This document shows, in pieces, positions 49,595 through 62,800 of a DNA stretch of 64,000 nucleotides. The position numbers were made by a program, and so were the translations under genes. This DNA is from Podarcis gaigeae. Lineage: Eukaryota. Position 1 is the first letter of the stretch. The number at the start of each line of letters is the position of its first letter. The stretch is from assembly GCA_964106915.2 (NCBI GenBank), contig OZ066918.1; one strand, written 5' to 3'. The notes under the pieces are model-generated. The model was given only the letters and a program-made list of their open reading frames with translations, was not told where the DNA came from and searched no databases.

Positions 49595-49649
49595 CACACT
49601 CCAAAGAAGATGAGTCAAGGACCCACTCTCTTTTCTTGTGGAATTATGG
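49595..49649 (+). CDS. FAM53B: FAM53B exon 3 (HTPKKMSQGPTLFSCGIM + 1 nt)
   Basis: Acceptor ttgttttcag, donor TGG|gtgagt. Peptide identical to the recalled human FAM53B segment. In frame with exon 2. Confidence 0.95.
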
Positions 49650-49724
49650 GTGAGTAAGGAGAAAGCCTCTAATTTCTTATTGCACGTTTTAATGCTGGTG
49701 GGAAATGCAACAGGGCTCTCGGAG

Positions 49725-49957
49725 CTAGGGATGGGGGAATCTGTCATTTTCAGTAATATATGCATTTTTATGCATATTTTACCATAGGATGTGCATTTTT
49801 GTACACATTATTTGGCTGGAGAAATTTAATTCAGTTTGCTTTTCAAGGGAAATCTAATTAATCTGCACTTTCAAAAGCAATACACGAACCGAAACACATT
49901 AATCTTTCAGAATTTTCACTTCTCCAAATTTTGCTAGGTGGTTCTCCCTCATTCCTA
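49725..49957. mobile_element. hAT-like MITE (TAGGGATG termini), decayed or rearranged
   Basis: TAGGGATGGGG...CTCATTCCTA ends, with internal atgcattttt repeats. Confidence 0.55.
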
Positions 49958-51648
49958 CTTGGAGCTGATTCAGTGTTTTGTTACGAGCAAAAACTGTGGG
50001 GGTTTTTTTCAAGCTGAGAATTCCATTTCCTAATTTCTCATGCGCTTTTCTTTAAATTCCATATGGCTGGCAGTTGATCTGCTTTATGTTACACAATATA
50101 GCGCTCAGCTGATGAGCTCTGTGTGTGCCCTGCATGTCAAAACTCCAGGTGACCTCAGTCTCATCTCAAATATTGTAGAAGTTAGTAAATCACCCATCGT
50201 CACTCCGGTCTAAACCAGATGTACTTAATTGAGACAACTGACTAGGATTCCAGATCCAAGCAAAGCATTCTAGTGTCTTGAAAAATCAGCTCAATGACAC
50301 ATCTGGTATATTCAAACTTTACGTTTAGTGATGCTTGATAATCAAGTTCCATTTATTCACAGGTATGAACTAAAATTTGCCTGCTCGCTCCAAACCTGGG
50401 TTTTGCATTGTTGAGTATTTCAAGGCTATCTTATTTTGAATCTCACTTATTTTAACAGTAATACATAAAAGTGAAGTGATACATTCATTCCTAGTCTGTG
50501 TAGTGTTTAAGAGCAAGTGTAGTGTAATGTTTAAAACTTCACAGTATAGTATTTTAAAAAGAAGCAATAATAATTGGGCAATCACTATTTAATTGGTATT
50601 GTGCTGCAGTCAACAAAAGTTCATACTGTACTGGCACACAAGCTGCCATCCGTGTGTGTGTATGTGTGTTATACAGCCTTATGATGTTTGAGGTTTGGCT
50701 GGATGTTCTTGGAGACCTGGCAGTTCTGAAAGATGTAGTACTACATTGTGTTCATTAGTTTCTTATATGACTGGGCAATGACCTCCAGACCCAATTAAAA
50801 CTTTAGGCCCAACTATTCTATAACAAAAGCTGGTACTTTACAAACAAAGAATCTGTTCCCACCATTCACAGGCATTACCCTCATTAGTATTAATGGGAGC
50901 TGAGCAACTGTATTGGGAGAGACATTTCTCAAGCTTCCAGACAGGAAAGTCATCTGAGATGAGAGTGAGGGGGAAATACAAAGTGTTTTTGAATTATTAT
51001 GATTCTTTTGCCTCAGATGGAAGGTGCAGGCTTCAAAGTAAAAAAATAAAGTGACAGAAACAGTCTATTCTATTTATGTTTTATGTGAAGAATCAAACAA
51101 GAAACAAATAATACCAAATCAATTAGCCAAACAATATATAGAAGTCTAATAAGCTTGTTTATAACTACTTTTCTATAAAACTTTTCCCGTTCAAGCTACA
51201 CTGATATGGTCTTTATTTGCTAAAGTGTCCTGTTTCCAAGGGAACCTAATCTTACCTTGCTGACCATAGCATCCCCTGTGCAATTTTCTTTGCCAGTTCC
51301 AGTGAAAAAGAGCAAATCCCATTGGCATTATTTTTGTTTTGCTTTGTAATGTTCGTCATCTCTTCCAATGCCTTCTTCCTTGGCCCAGATTAACCAACCA
51401 TTGTTGAAACTTGCCCAGATAGTTCAGTGCTGACAACCACAATGAATTTCCAACTGCCAAGCTGTTTCTGATTAGATAGTTTTGTTCCTACTTGTTCAAA
51501 GGGTCAAGACAAATGCATCGTTACATATTTGGATTTGGATTAGAGCAAGTGGGAAGTCAAGAAATATACTGCCACATGGGACATCTGGGGACTGGAGAGA
51601 GAGACCACGCTTGGCTGGCTTTCTAGTGTCCTCAGTCTGAACAGGCAG

Positions 51649-52256
51649 TGTCAGCAGCGAGCCAGCAGTAAATCACACTATACAAGTTAGAGTTAACTCC
51701 TTATTAGCAAAAACATGTTCTGCACAGGAGTGTCAGGCCTAATGAGCACAGCAAGTCATCTTAGGTAGGTCTTGCTCCCAAGAAGCAGTTGCCGAGACTG
51801 AAGGTTTCCACCTCCCCACAGCTGCCAACGTTCCCTCCTATCCAGGGTATTTTCCAAGCGATCAGAGACTGTGTCTGTGCATTGCCAATCTTTCCTCCGC
51901 CCTTTTCATGTCTCTTCTGGTTCTGGGAGACAATGGAGGAGGCGAGCTTGTTGCAGCAGGAGGGGAAGGCACCATGACTCTTTACCAACCTGACTCATCT
52001 CTGCCTCTTGGCCTCTCTCCTCCCACCCTCCTGCTTCAGCTCCTGGGTGTCTTTCTGCCACTGTCCTTCCCAGCTCACTAAGCCTTGTGACCACCTCAGC
52101 TTCCAACACCTCCTCTTTCGAGTCTTCTCCCTCTCACTCATCACTCATCACTCATCATTGTCCCACTACCACTCCCCAGGTTTTGAGCCTTCTTCCCTTG
52201 GGGGTTCCCCAGCTGGTTCCTCCCACCATTCATCTGTGCCTAACCAGTCTAATAGA
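51649..52256 (-). mobile_element. Possible decayed solo LTR
   Basis: Starts TGTCAG, has a strong pyrimidine skew, and is flanked by GGCAG at 51644-51648 and 52257-52261. The right terminus is not a clean CA. Confidence 0.35.
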
Positions 52257-53236
52257 GGCAGGATGTTGCGAGAACTAATTGTCTATTTGGATTTCAGCAG
52301 AGATGGGGTGGGGGGAGAGATACAGATAAAACTGGCATTTCCATAGAAGATACAACAATGACCTTGAGAAGCTGTTGTGCAAGTCTAGCATTGGAATGAT
52401 AACAGGATAAGTTCTGTGACAGGCCATCTTTGCCCAGAGCATGGACTGAGGCAAATGGGAAAGGGTGGCTTATATCTACTGCTTTATAAGTCATGGGAAA
52501 ACTTTACTTTTGGCCCTGCCAGTTATGTCAACTTGCTTTAAAGAGAAGGCTAGTGAAACCAGACACTTTTGTAAAACCTCTTTAGCACTATTCAGCACAA
52601 AGCTTGAGGAGGGATTTTGAGTGTGGTCGACCAAACATGCTTAGAATTCTTCTTTCGACATACAAGATGAATACACGAAAATCTGAAGTGGAACTGTATG
52701 GATGCTGGGTATATCCATTTTAAGCCCACATGCATTCACCCCACATATAAATAGGACTTTGGTCTCAAGTGTGCTGATGCCATATCTTCCAGTATTCCTA
52801 TTATGTTCTCACGTTCCCTATTAAAAAAAACATTGATAAATCTATGAAAACTTCACACATTTGAGTTTGATTGAAATATTTGAGATTTTTTTTGCCATTT
52901 TTTTGAATAAAAAAAATAATATGCTTTGGGCTTTCCTCTTTCTGCAGCTATTTTAGTTGCTTTTAGGCTTTATAACCCTAACCAAGTTATTGGCGTTCAT
53001 TTAATATTGTATTTCTATTAGAGTACTATCATTAGCTTTCTTAGGCTTCCAGTTTGTCTGAAAAGGGGCTGTTTCCCTTTTCAGGCTTTGTTTTATTTCA
53101 ATCATTCTGTCACTTTCACACTAGCATTGCTTGATGACAATTACTGAAGCGTGTCCCTTAAAAAAGTGGTGGAAACAACTTTTATCAGCTTTATTTGGAG
53201 AAAATGTGTGTGTATATTTCCTAGTAGAATTCACTG

Positions 53237-53240
<4 letters not shown>

Positions 53241-53320
<80 letters not shown>
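53241..53320. repeat. Compound (TC)n(AC)n microsatellite
   Basis: Directly visible. Confidence 0.97.
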
Positions 53321-54711
53321 TCTTATTTATCATAACACAGTTATATTTGGAGAAAAAGTATCTGTATACATATTGCTCATTTGCATTAATTTGCTGTCTC
53401 TCCATCATCACAACACTGTGCCACGGAAAGGTTTTGCTAAGGAGAAAACCAGTTTTGTAGGGGAAAACAATAAAAAAAATTCCTGCTTAATCATATGCAT
53501 TTTTACTCCGTTGTATGTGCTGCTAAGCTCAATGGAGCTTGCTCTCAGGTAAATAGGCAGAGGGTTTCAGCCTTTCCTGGTGAATAGTTAATGCAGATAT
53601 CTGAAAAGGCCTCAGATACCACTTGATACACTATTAAAAAACATCAGTCTTCATCAAATATTTGTCAAGTCACAGTGCCCTAGATCATTTCCCCCCTTTT
53701 CTTAAAGGGCAAGAATCCTCTGAGTTTAAAAAAATGTTGAAATTGGTATAATTACTGCCAAGAGACGAGTGTAAAAGAATACTGTTCCTGATTTTTGTTT
53801 TGCAGGAAAAAGCATAGTAGATGAAAAATGTATAGCTATAAATTCAGCCTTGAGCAAGAACAATTTTGTATGCCTTGCTTGAGTAGCCCTTGAATCATGT
53901 GCAAATAAATCGTTGCTGTTATGGAACAGAATATTTCTTTTATCCTCCCAGACAGCCAATATTATATTTCTCCAGTCAAAAGGGATACAAATGTAGTGGG
54001 TGGGAGGGTCACAAAGAGAAGCTGGTTCAACATAATGTTTAGGCAGTAAAACTATGGGTTTTTTGCTTTTAAAAAATATGTTCTGTAGCCAAAGGAGGAA
54101 TTGAAGCAAATATTTAATGCAATGCTGCACCCTAATTCCTCTCTTAGAGATTAAAAGGAAAATATTGGCTGCTGTTCTCAAGCTGCCTTTCCCAGAGTTG
54201 GTCCATTCATGTCAGTAGTGGAATTTGGCTAGCTTTAGGATTTTGTATTGCGAATGTTCAGTATTAATAGTGGTAAAAAAAGGCCTTCTTTCACGAATTT
54301 ATTCTGTTGTTTTACTAAAGGAGCATTGGTAACTTGGGGGCAACCTGATGCTCAGAGTTCTTAAGGAAGAGTCCCTATAAAGGCAGCATCTATTTCTGAG
54401 GTTTGACAGCTAGGTGGGAGAGTTTGCTGAACTCCTGTAGGGTTTAATGTTTTGGAGCTTTTGGCTCCCATCTTATCCGTACACTAGGGGTTGAAGCACT
54501 GAACATATTCCGCTGTATATATCCAGACACTGGCGTGTGCCCTGAATATACCTGAATATACCTAAAGCAAATGCAGAGCTTTTACAAACAGCATTGAGGG
54601 TGTCAACTAGTTTCTTAAAGTAGCTGGCATGTTCCTTAAAGTTCCTGGCATGGCAGGAACTCATGATGTTGAAAAGAGATGCAAAAGCCACGTGCCCAAG
54701 AGAAAGATATA

Positions 54712-54937
54712 CAGTGGTACCTTGGGTTACAGATGCTTCAGGTTACAGACTCCGCTAACCCAGAAATGGTACCTTGGGTTAAGAACTTTGCTTCAGGATG
54801 AGAACACAAATCGTGCTCCGGCGGCGAGGTGGCAGTGGGAGGCCCCTTTAGCTAAACTGGTACCTCAGGTTAAGAACAGTTTCAGGTTAAGAATGGACCT
54901 CCAGAACGAATTAAGTTCTTAACCCGAGGTACCACTG
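54712..54937. mobile_element. Tigger/pogo-like MITE
   Basis: TA|CAGTGGTACCTTGGGTTA...TAACCCGAGGTACCACTG|TA. Confidence 0.92.
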
Positions 54938-55499
54938 TAATAATCTTTAACTTCAATTAGAAGTGGGCCAAAACAGAAACCCGTCTTCTGTGGTATCTGC
55001 TACTTTTCTCATAGACAATGTAACTGGTAATGTTCATTGATCTCCTCTCAGTTCTGCCTCAAATACACTAGATCTACAGTCGACATGGCCAAAGGGATTT
55101 TGATGTCTGCCTGAGATGCTAAATCCAAGCAATGCCTCCAGCTGTGATGGTAAAAATAAAACACAAAGCCAAATATTTGACAATTTTCTGCTGTAATGGC
55201 AGAATTTGGATGCATCTCCCACTTCGTATAGGTCAGACACGTGCTTTATTAGGAAACCAGTAGAATTGGCAGGCACTGTTTCAACAAACATGCAACAGTT
55301 TATGGATCAAAATATAAAATTGTTATAGAGCCAGTTCGAGGGAAGTTTCATTCACTCCTCATTTTCAGCGTGTGTGTCTAGTGACAGCTGATGGGGAGCA
55401 CAGACACAGCTTTTAGCTCTTCATGTTACAATTTATTTTTCTGGGTTATACCTTGAACCCTTTATAATATGGAAATATAAGCATTTGATCTTTCTTGGC

Positions 55500-55672
55500 T
55501 CCTTCTTTATTAAACGAAGCAGTAAGAGCAGTTCAGCAATGGAACCAATTTCCTAGAGTTGGTGTTCTGTCCCTTGCTGTGCTCTTCAAGCAGAAGGCAG
55601 ACAACCATATCTTGGGATTCTCTATATTTCCTGCATCGAGCAGTGGGACTGCAAAGCCACTTCCAACTCTTA
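55500..55672 (+). mobile_element. Decayed CR1 3' end
   Basis: agtaagagcagttcagcaatggaacc...tcttcaagcagaagg...cttccaactct. Confidence 0.6.
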
Positions 55673-56489
55673 TTTTTTTAATGCAGCCAGCAACCACAGT
55701 GGTTTAGCATTTGCTTAAGCAAGAGCTAAAGGTAAAAAGGGTTGCTCCCAACCTTTTTGTTAATTGAAAACCCTATTTAATTTGGAATTAGTCATTGAGA
55801 ATTTCACTTCAACAGCTTTGCCTCAGGTTTGGTGGGCATGATTCAATAAACATCAGTAACTGGGCAAAATATTTGCTTACTACTTAAAGCTATTTGAACT
55901 ACCTTTAATGAGACTGTTTTAAGGCACACACATAATTTTGCTGGCATTATTTCCTCCCACTTTTTTGCCTTTGTGAAAAGGAACTTTCTGTGTTGTACTG
56001 ATTTTTAAAAGCTTTATAAAAGAGAGAGAGGAGAGGGAGATGAAAAATAATGCTGGATGCAAAATTCAGAAATATAATAATTTGATTTTGGCATCATTGT
56101 TTTAGAATATAAATAGCATCATTTGTTACGAGAGCTACGTGACTTGTGCTGGAGCTATCTTAATAGATAGGAATAAGGACATTTTGCTGCACTCTTCCTT
56201 CCAAAATGGATCATCTAATTTTCCGCTTGGGAGGTGCTGAGTACAAAAGTAGCAATGGGAGGTGGATAGTGTGCTGGAATGCTGGAGAGGAATCCGTGTC
56301 CTTTGTTGTACTGCTGGTTTTGCTCCAACCAGGGGTGGCGGGCTCTACTATATCATTTGCACCACCTGCCACACCAGCCTCTGGGGGACCTGCGGCCTTT
56401 CAGATGTGCCTCTCCAGTATAAGATGGTGCTCCAACTCCCATCAGTCACAGACAGCATGGCCATTAGTTGGGATGATGGGAGTTGTAGT

Positions 56490-56992
56490 CTGGGCCAAAC
56501 TCAGGGTGTTACTGTTGCTGTATAAAGCCCTGAACCACTTTGGGACAGTTTACTTGAAGGATTGCCTCAGCCCATATGCACCCATTTGACCATTTGGATC
56601 TGTGGAACTGGCACTTCTTCAAGTTCCACAAAATGTGTGTTCTGCACTTGCAAGACATCGGTCCTTTAGTGTGGCAGCACCTATATTTCAGAAGTTCCTG
56701 CCCACTGATATTAGGCAGGTGCCTACACTCTCTTGTTTTACTCTCCTGCTAATCCACTTTTTTTCTTTCAGCAAGCCTACCCAGACACGGAACCTTAGCA
56801 TGCAATTTTGACAAGTGTTTTAGAATTACTGATTCTATTTTCTGTTAGATATATATCTATGCAGCTAGTTTTGAACGCTTGTTTCTTAGTGGCATTTTAA
56901 ATGAATATTTTATGCTGTCCATTGTAAACAGCTTGGAGGTCTTTTGTCAAACTTTCATGTATTGTAATTGGACATTGGTTAAATAAAATATA
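56490..56992 (+). mobile_element. Decayed L2 LINE 3' fragment
   Basis: Translates to WAKLRVLLLLYKALNHFGTVYLKDCLSPY and RSFSVAAP, typical of the L2 ORF2 C-terminus. Confidence 0.75.
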
Positions 56993-59520
56993 ACTAAATA
57001 GGGCAGCAACGTACCAAGGGCCACAGGTGTGCCTCCTGTGATCTATAACACCAGCAACAGATGGTGAGGGAAGGGGCTTCCTTCCTGTTATGCCTAAGTG
57101 GGTTGTGGGCTGCTTCTCTCTTCTGGCATTTCTGTGGGGAAGTGGGGCATAAATGTTGGCTGGTTTGCTTGCAAGAGAACAGTGGGGCTTGGTGATAAAT
57201 GTTCCACGTCCTCACACCAGCTTAGGTGTAGGGGAATTCCTGTTAAATGTGACCACTGTGGTCGTCTCTGAGGCAACCTTTCTGAGGTGAAGTGGGCTGT
57301 GGTGCTCTTAGGAAACGAAGTGTGAGATGGAGGCTACAGTTAGGAGTCCACACCTTACATAAATCCCTATAAGAGTTCTGAAGAAACAAAAGGGAACTCT
57401 GAGGCTCCCGAATCAGGATTTCAAGCTCTTCAATCTGTCAACGTTGTTTCCAGACTTGTATGCCTCACCTCTTCCTGTTGCCAAGTGTCCGCATAAAACA
57501 GATTGTCTAAATGACTAATTGCTATGTATGTATAACAGGAAATAATTTGAGTGAAGCTCTTATTCCATTCCTGTTGACTACACTTTGCTCTTTCGGCTAA
57601 TTAATCTATAGAAAGAAGTTAACCCCCTACCCCATTTTGCATCAACAGTACCACTCTCCCTGAATATTCTGTGTGATAGGGGACCCTTGCATTTTGCATC
57701 GGCTGGTAAGCTAGCTCTGATATGAAATCTTAATGTGTCATCTGCAGGACTGAATGGGGGATGCTTGCCTGTTTTTTTGACAGAAGCAGACGTGTATGTG
57801 TGTGGGAGTAGCCACACCCTGACTCTGCTGTCTCCAGTCTCTCCTCAGCCCTTTCTTAATCTTGATGTTTGTTCAAGTGGTGCCAAGTACAGGTTATCCA
57901 GTCTCCTCAGGGAATAGCTGCGGAGGTCTGATGAGCAAAGCAGATTTTCAGATGAGTGATTCCTTATCGGGCAGAGGTGCCAGTTTCTGGCCTTGATCTT
58001 TCTTAGGCCTGTTGTCTTTTTTCACACACAAACACACACGAAAAGCACTTGAAGGCACTTTCTTTGTCCCAGGTATACATAGTGAAGTTGCACACTAATT
58101 TTGGATATAGAAAAGGGCATTTTCCTATCATTCCAAAATCAGCTAAATAATGCCACGAAGCGTCAGTGCAAAGCAAATGTTTTCCAGGACGTGATCTGGC
58201 CATGCTGGGGCATGTTTGGAAAACATCGCCGCAAAGAATTACAGGAAATGTCACCTCTGTCCAGAATGATTTTGGACTCTCAGTTTCTTAGGGAACAGGG
58301 AAAAATAACTTCGGTACCTTTTGTGTTACCAAGGACAACTTGGCAACCAAGCGTATTCCACATTTACCAAGTGGCATGACTGGTAGGTCCAGGCCAATTT
58401 AACCATATACTTTTTTCAGTTTTACATCAGTGAAGGAAGGTTTAGCACCTGTATTTCTAAAGACCATGTGTGTGTTGGAGCAGGAGATAGAGTGGGGAGA
58501 AGACTCAAACCATCTTGCTTTTATGGGAACTTTGTGCAAAAGGATTTTAGGCACACAGTAATGTTGCTGCTTCCTCCCTCTTGTTTTGGCTCCATTTCTT
58601 CAGCACAGTGGCACTGAGTTCATTTTTAGATGAAGCAATGCCATACCATCTACAACAAATAAGTGTATTGTTGGGAGGAGAGGAATGCATGGACTTATTT
58701 CCTTAAGAAAAAAAATATTTTACTTTTGGGGAAAGGCTTTTTTAGCTTTTAAGATTAAGAAACAAAGAAGGCTTTGGGGAAAATATTAACCTGTTCATCT
58801 TGGAGCAAAATGTTGGGTCCAGTATGCATGTGTGTAAGCCACAGACCTTGCTGTGATGTTTTATTCTGATGAGACACACTTTGTGCTGTCATTTCATTCC
58901 CCCCCCCCCAACCTAGATGCTTTATCTTTGAAAATCTTTGTGTGTATGTGTTGGGTGCAGCAGGAAAGCACGAGTGGTTTCTGTGTCATCACTGCCAGCT
59001 AATTACTGCCATTAAACTCATTCTACAATGAGAAGCCACATATTTCATAAATGGAGTGTGCAATGGAAAGTACAAACTGCTGGTTTCCTAACACTCTTGG
59101 CGTACCAGGCAAATAGTACACAAGGAAGTAAATTAAATGCAGGTGCAAGAGATCATGATAAAATATTGGCAAAGAAAACTCTGCCCTGTGTGATCCAAAC
59201 CATTTGTATGCCCAAACCCCACCCAGACTTCAAAATATCACAAAGCCTATAAAGATGCTGAGTTGCTGCAGTATGTTGTTTTATATATTTTATGTCACAG
59301 AAAAAGATCATAGACCTATTTGCCCTATTTATTTGACAACTTATGTTTTTCTTATGCTCTAACAGTATTTGTTATAATTTAAATGTAATTATTTTCAAGT
59401 ATAACTGGCATTGATAATGTTTGTTTTTATGTCTGTGCCCCACCAGTGAGTGCAGGACTATAGCACCCATCATGTCTGACCACTGGCCATACTGGTTGAA
59501 GCTGATGAGAGTCAGAGTCC

Positions 59521-59607
<87 letters not shown>

Positions 59608-59845
59608 TTTTTATTTATATCCCGCCCTCCCCAGCCGAAGCCAGGCTCAGGGTGGCTAACAACAATAAAATAAGACAACATTTTAAAATCATTTCATTAA
59701 AAAATTACTTCAAATCAAATTGATGGCAACCATTGGGTAGAGTTCTGTGAAGATTGCCAAAGGAGGGAGTCAGGCTGTGCCCTGACCAAAGGCTTGGCGG
59801 AACAGCTCTGTCTTGCAGGCCCTGCGGAAAGCTGTCTAGTCCCGC
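59521..59845 (-). mobile_element. L2 LINE 3' end with expanded (ATT)n tail (59521-59607)
   Basis: (AAT)n followed by ttttatttatatcccgccctccccagccgaagccaggctcagggtggc...tcttgcaggccctgcggaa. Confidence 0.8.
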
Positions 59846-62800
59846 AATATGTGAAAGGTTACAGGTTCCCTACCTGTTATAGAACAATATCAACATAATA
59901 CCTATTGAGCAAGCAGCATAGTGCATCTCCTTCATAACCAGCTTCTGAAATAGTTCTTTAGTCACAACAGAAAATTAAAATTCACAACCACAAGTGGAAA
60001 ACAACTTCTACCTGCAGTTGTTACTAATGGAATATCTGCCAATACCTATGTTTGGCTGGCTCCAACTCCCAAACTTTTCTGCAGGGGAAAGCTGCATTTA
60101 CTTCAGTAGGCCTTGTGCCAGCTAAGGAATAGTTTGCAAGAATATTAAGGCCTGTCCCCTAAGCCATTGCCCTAGCTTTATATATGAAGTCTGATCCTAT
60201 GCACGACACTTTCCTTTTTTCAAAACACCCTTCCATACTGTTCCATACCTTCCAACATCCTGAGTCGCAAAACCGGGATGCACATCTTCCCGCTCATGCT
60301 CCCAAGTGAGCCATGTAACCCACACGAGATCATGGAGCCCAAAAGGCGTGCTGTACTCGCATACGATAAAATAGGATTTCCTCCCCCCTCCCCAGCATCT
60401 TTTGGGGAAGAGTCTATCAACCCCTGGAGCAGATTTGGGAAGTGAGGTCTGCTGAGAGAGAGAGCCCGAAACTTGAGTCCTTTATTTCCAAGTGGTGGAG
60501 TAGCTTTGGAAACTGGGAAGGAGAAAATGTGTCTCTCCCCCTCCCATCCCCTGGCTCCCTTCCTGAAACATCCTTGTGTAGTGCAAGGCTGTGAGATTTT
60601 AAATCTCATGGTACTTATCCCCACAATCCTCACCCTTACTAGAACCTGTTAGAGGAGTTTGTACAAGCCAGATGCATCTTTCCCTTTCCTCTGAAGACTT
60701 GACTGATAGACTCGCACAACCAGCACAACTTCTGGCTTCCTTAGGTCCCTGTTACCTCTTTATTTTCGGTGGCTCCATTTTGCTTGCCAACTGCAAACAC
60801 CCAGGTGAAAGCTCTGGTAACTGAAAACTCAAAATCTCCAGAGAGTTCAGTCTATGAAACTGAGGCCTGGAAAAAATAAAGATGAGAAGTAATTGCAGAA
60901 TTGTAATCAGCAGTAGTTCTGTACAAATAAAGTATGGATAATCCTTCCAGTTATCTCTGTATTAGAAAGTCTGCTGGTGCGAAACATCACCAGTTTATCA
61001 AGTGAACATCTTTTTTAAAAAAAAATTAGTTTAGTTCAATGAAATAAACATTTATGTGTATATAGGACATTATTTATATATCTTCAAATATAATTTTAAT
61101 TCCACTTTTCTAATTTCATATTGTATTAGTGAGTGCTGTCACTTCCTGATTTAAGGCACATTGCAGTACAGTAATAAAAAAAGAAAGCACACTTGGGTTA
61201 GCAGCACAAGTGCTCAAAAAAGCAAGAACATTTTGTTTGCAATGGTGACACCAGTATTATCTATCAGCATCAGAGTTTATAAAGTTCACACTAGCCAGTG
61301 TCTGCTTTAGCTGAATCATTGTTAGAAGTGTTCCAGTTTTCTTGCAGTAGTGGTCTAATTCATAAAACTAGGTCATCAGCTAGTGATCAGCTCTGTATTC
61401 TGCTCTATTTAGCCATTAATTCCAACCAAGACCTGCCAGTTCTTGGTTCTCTATCTGTATATTTTCCTTCCAGATGTCTTCAAGGGCACATGAACTTTGT
61501 TTCTCATAGAAAGACCATGGATGGGTGAATAGTCTATTGCATCGTGTCACCTGATTTTGTTTTGTAAGAAAAGCATCCTTAGCCTGTGAGCCACTGGCTT
61601 TCCCTGAATAGACTATAGAACCACAACACTGATGACCTCTAAGGTGAACTGCTTGGGTTATTGTTGTTTTCTTGCCAATGCAGACTGAAAATGTATAGGC
61701 CGAAAAGCTAAACTGATACCAGTGGCAACAGTTGCCCACTAGACTTGCCAGGGCGGCTAGCAGGTGATGGAGGTGTGGTCAGTGGGGTCAATGGTGTGTG
61801 ATCAAGCTGTCTAGAGTAGCCACTTTCATATTGTTCCCAAAGAGAATATACATCAACAAAAATTAAGATGAAAGACAACATTGATTTGCATAGAATTGCA
61901 TATGCTAATTTGTATGTCTAGATAAAAGCTTATATATGAATACTATAATGGTTAAACCAACCACTGCATTTAAGAGAACACAGGCAAAGGGATAATTTAT
62001 TTACTGAAGAATGGATGTACTGGTGCAACAAGGCTCAAGATGATATGCAACCATATGTATTGTTGGAAACAAGTTTTAACAGTAAATATTGGTCTTTACA
62101 TATAATACTTTATTTGCTTATTTATTTTTTGCCTGCTTGAGAGTTTGTATGCTTGTTTATTAGTTTATGCTGCATCTTTACTTTTTTGTTTCGTTTTGCA
62201 AAGAAAATTGATAAAATGAAAATGAAAAATAAGAGTAGAACGCATCCCCCCATAGTGGGGAAGACTATGACCAGGTGATCTGTCTGTGTCCAGCTGCAAA
62301 GAGTCAATGGGCAACTTCAAGGCCTTGGCCTTCCCTTCTTATGGTTCTAAAGCTTTTGACTGTGCATGGAACAGACAGCATTTTAAAGAGAGGACAGTCT
62401 TCTGTAAAGCAGGACACTTGGCCATCCTAATAGAGTTCCTCTGTGTAAGCTTCTGGCTGCATCACCGCTGCAGTAATTATGTCAGCATGGCTGTGTAATA
62501 AGGCAGATAATCCCTTTAAAGCAAGAAAACAAGTCAATTTTGGACATTATAAGGAAGCATTTAAATAGCAACAGCAAGTGCCAGCCAACACTGTACACAG
62601 GAAAATTGTGTCTGATGTAAAGGATAGTGGCAGTCAAGAACATTGGCAAAGACAGCTGGGAGGAGCATATGGAGATTGAGTGAGGAGGGGTTGTATTCAG
62701 ATTTTGAGTGAAAAATCTCTAAATAGTAAAATGGAGACCTTGGGGGACAGTGGTATGATTTAGAAGATGCTTCCCTCATAGGGTTGTTCCCTGCCCTCAT

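Noticed and set aside
59427-59681. Poly-Leu ORF, and similar poly-E/S/CV/LSFF ORFs elsewhere
   Set aside because: These are translations of microsatellites.
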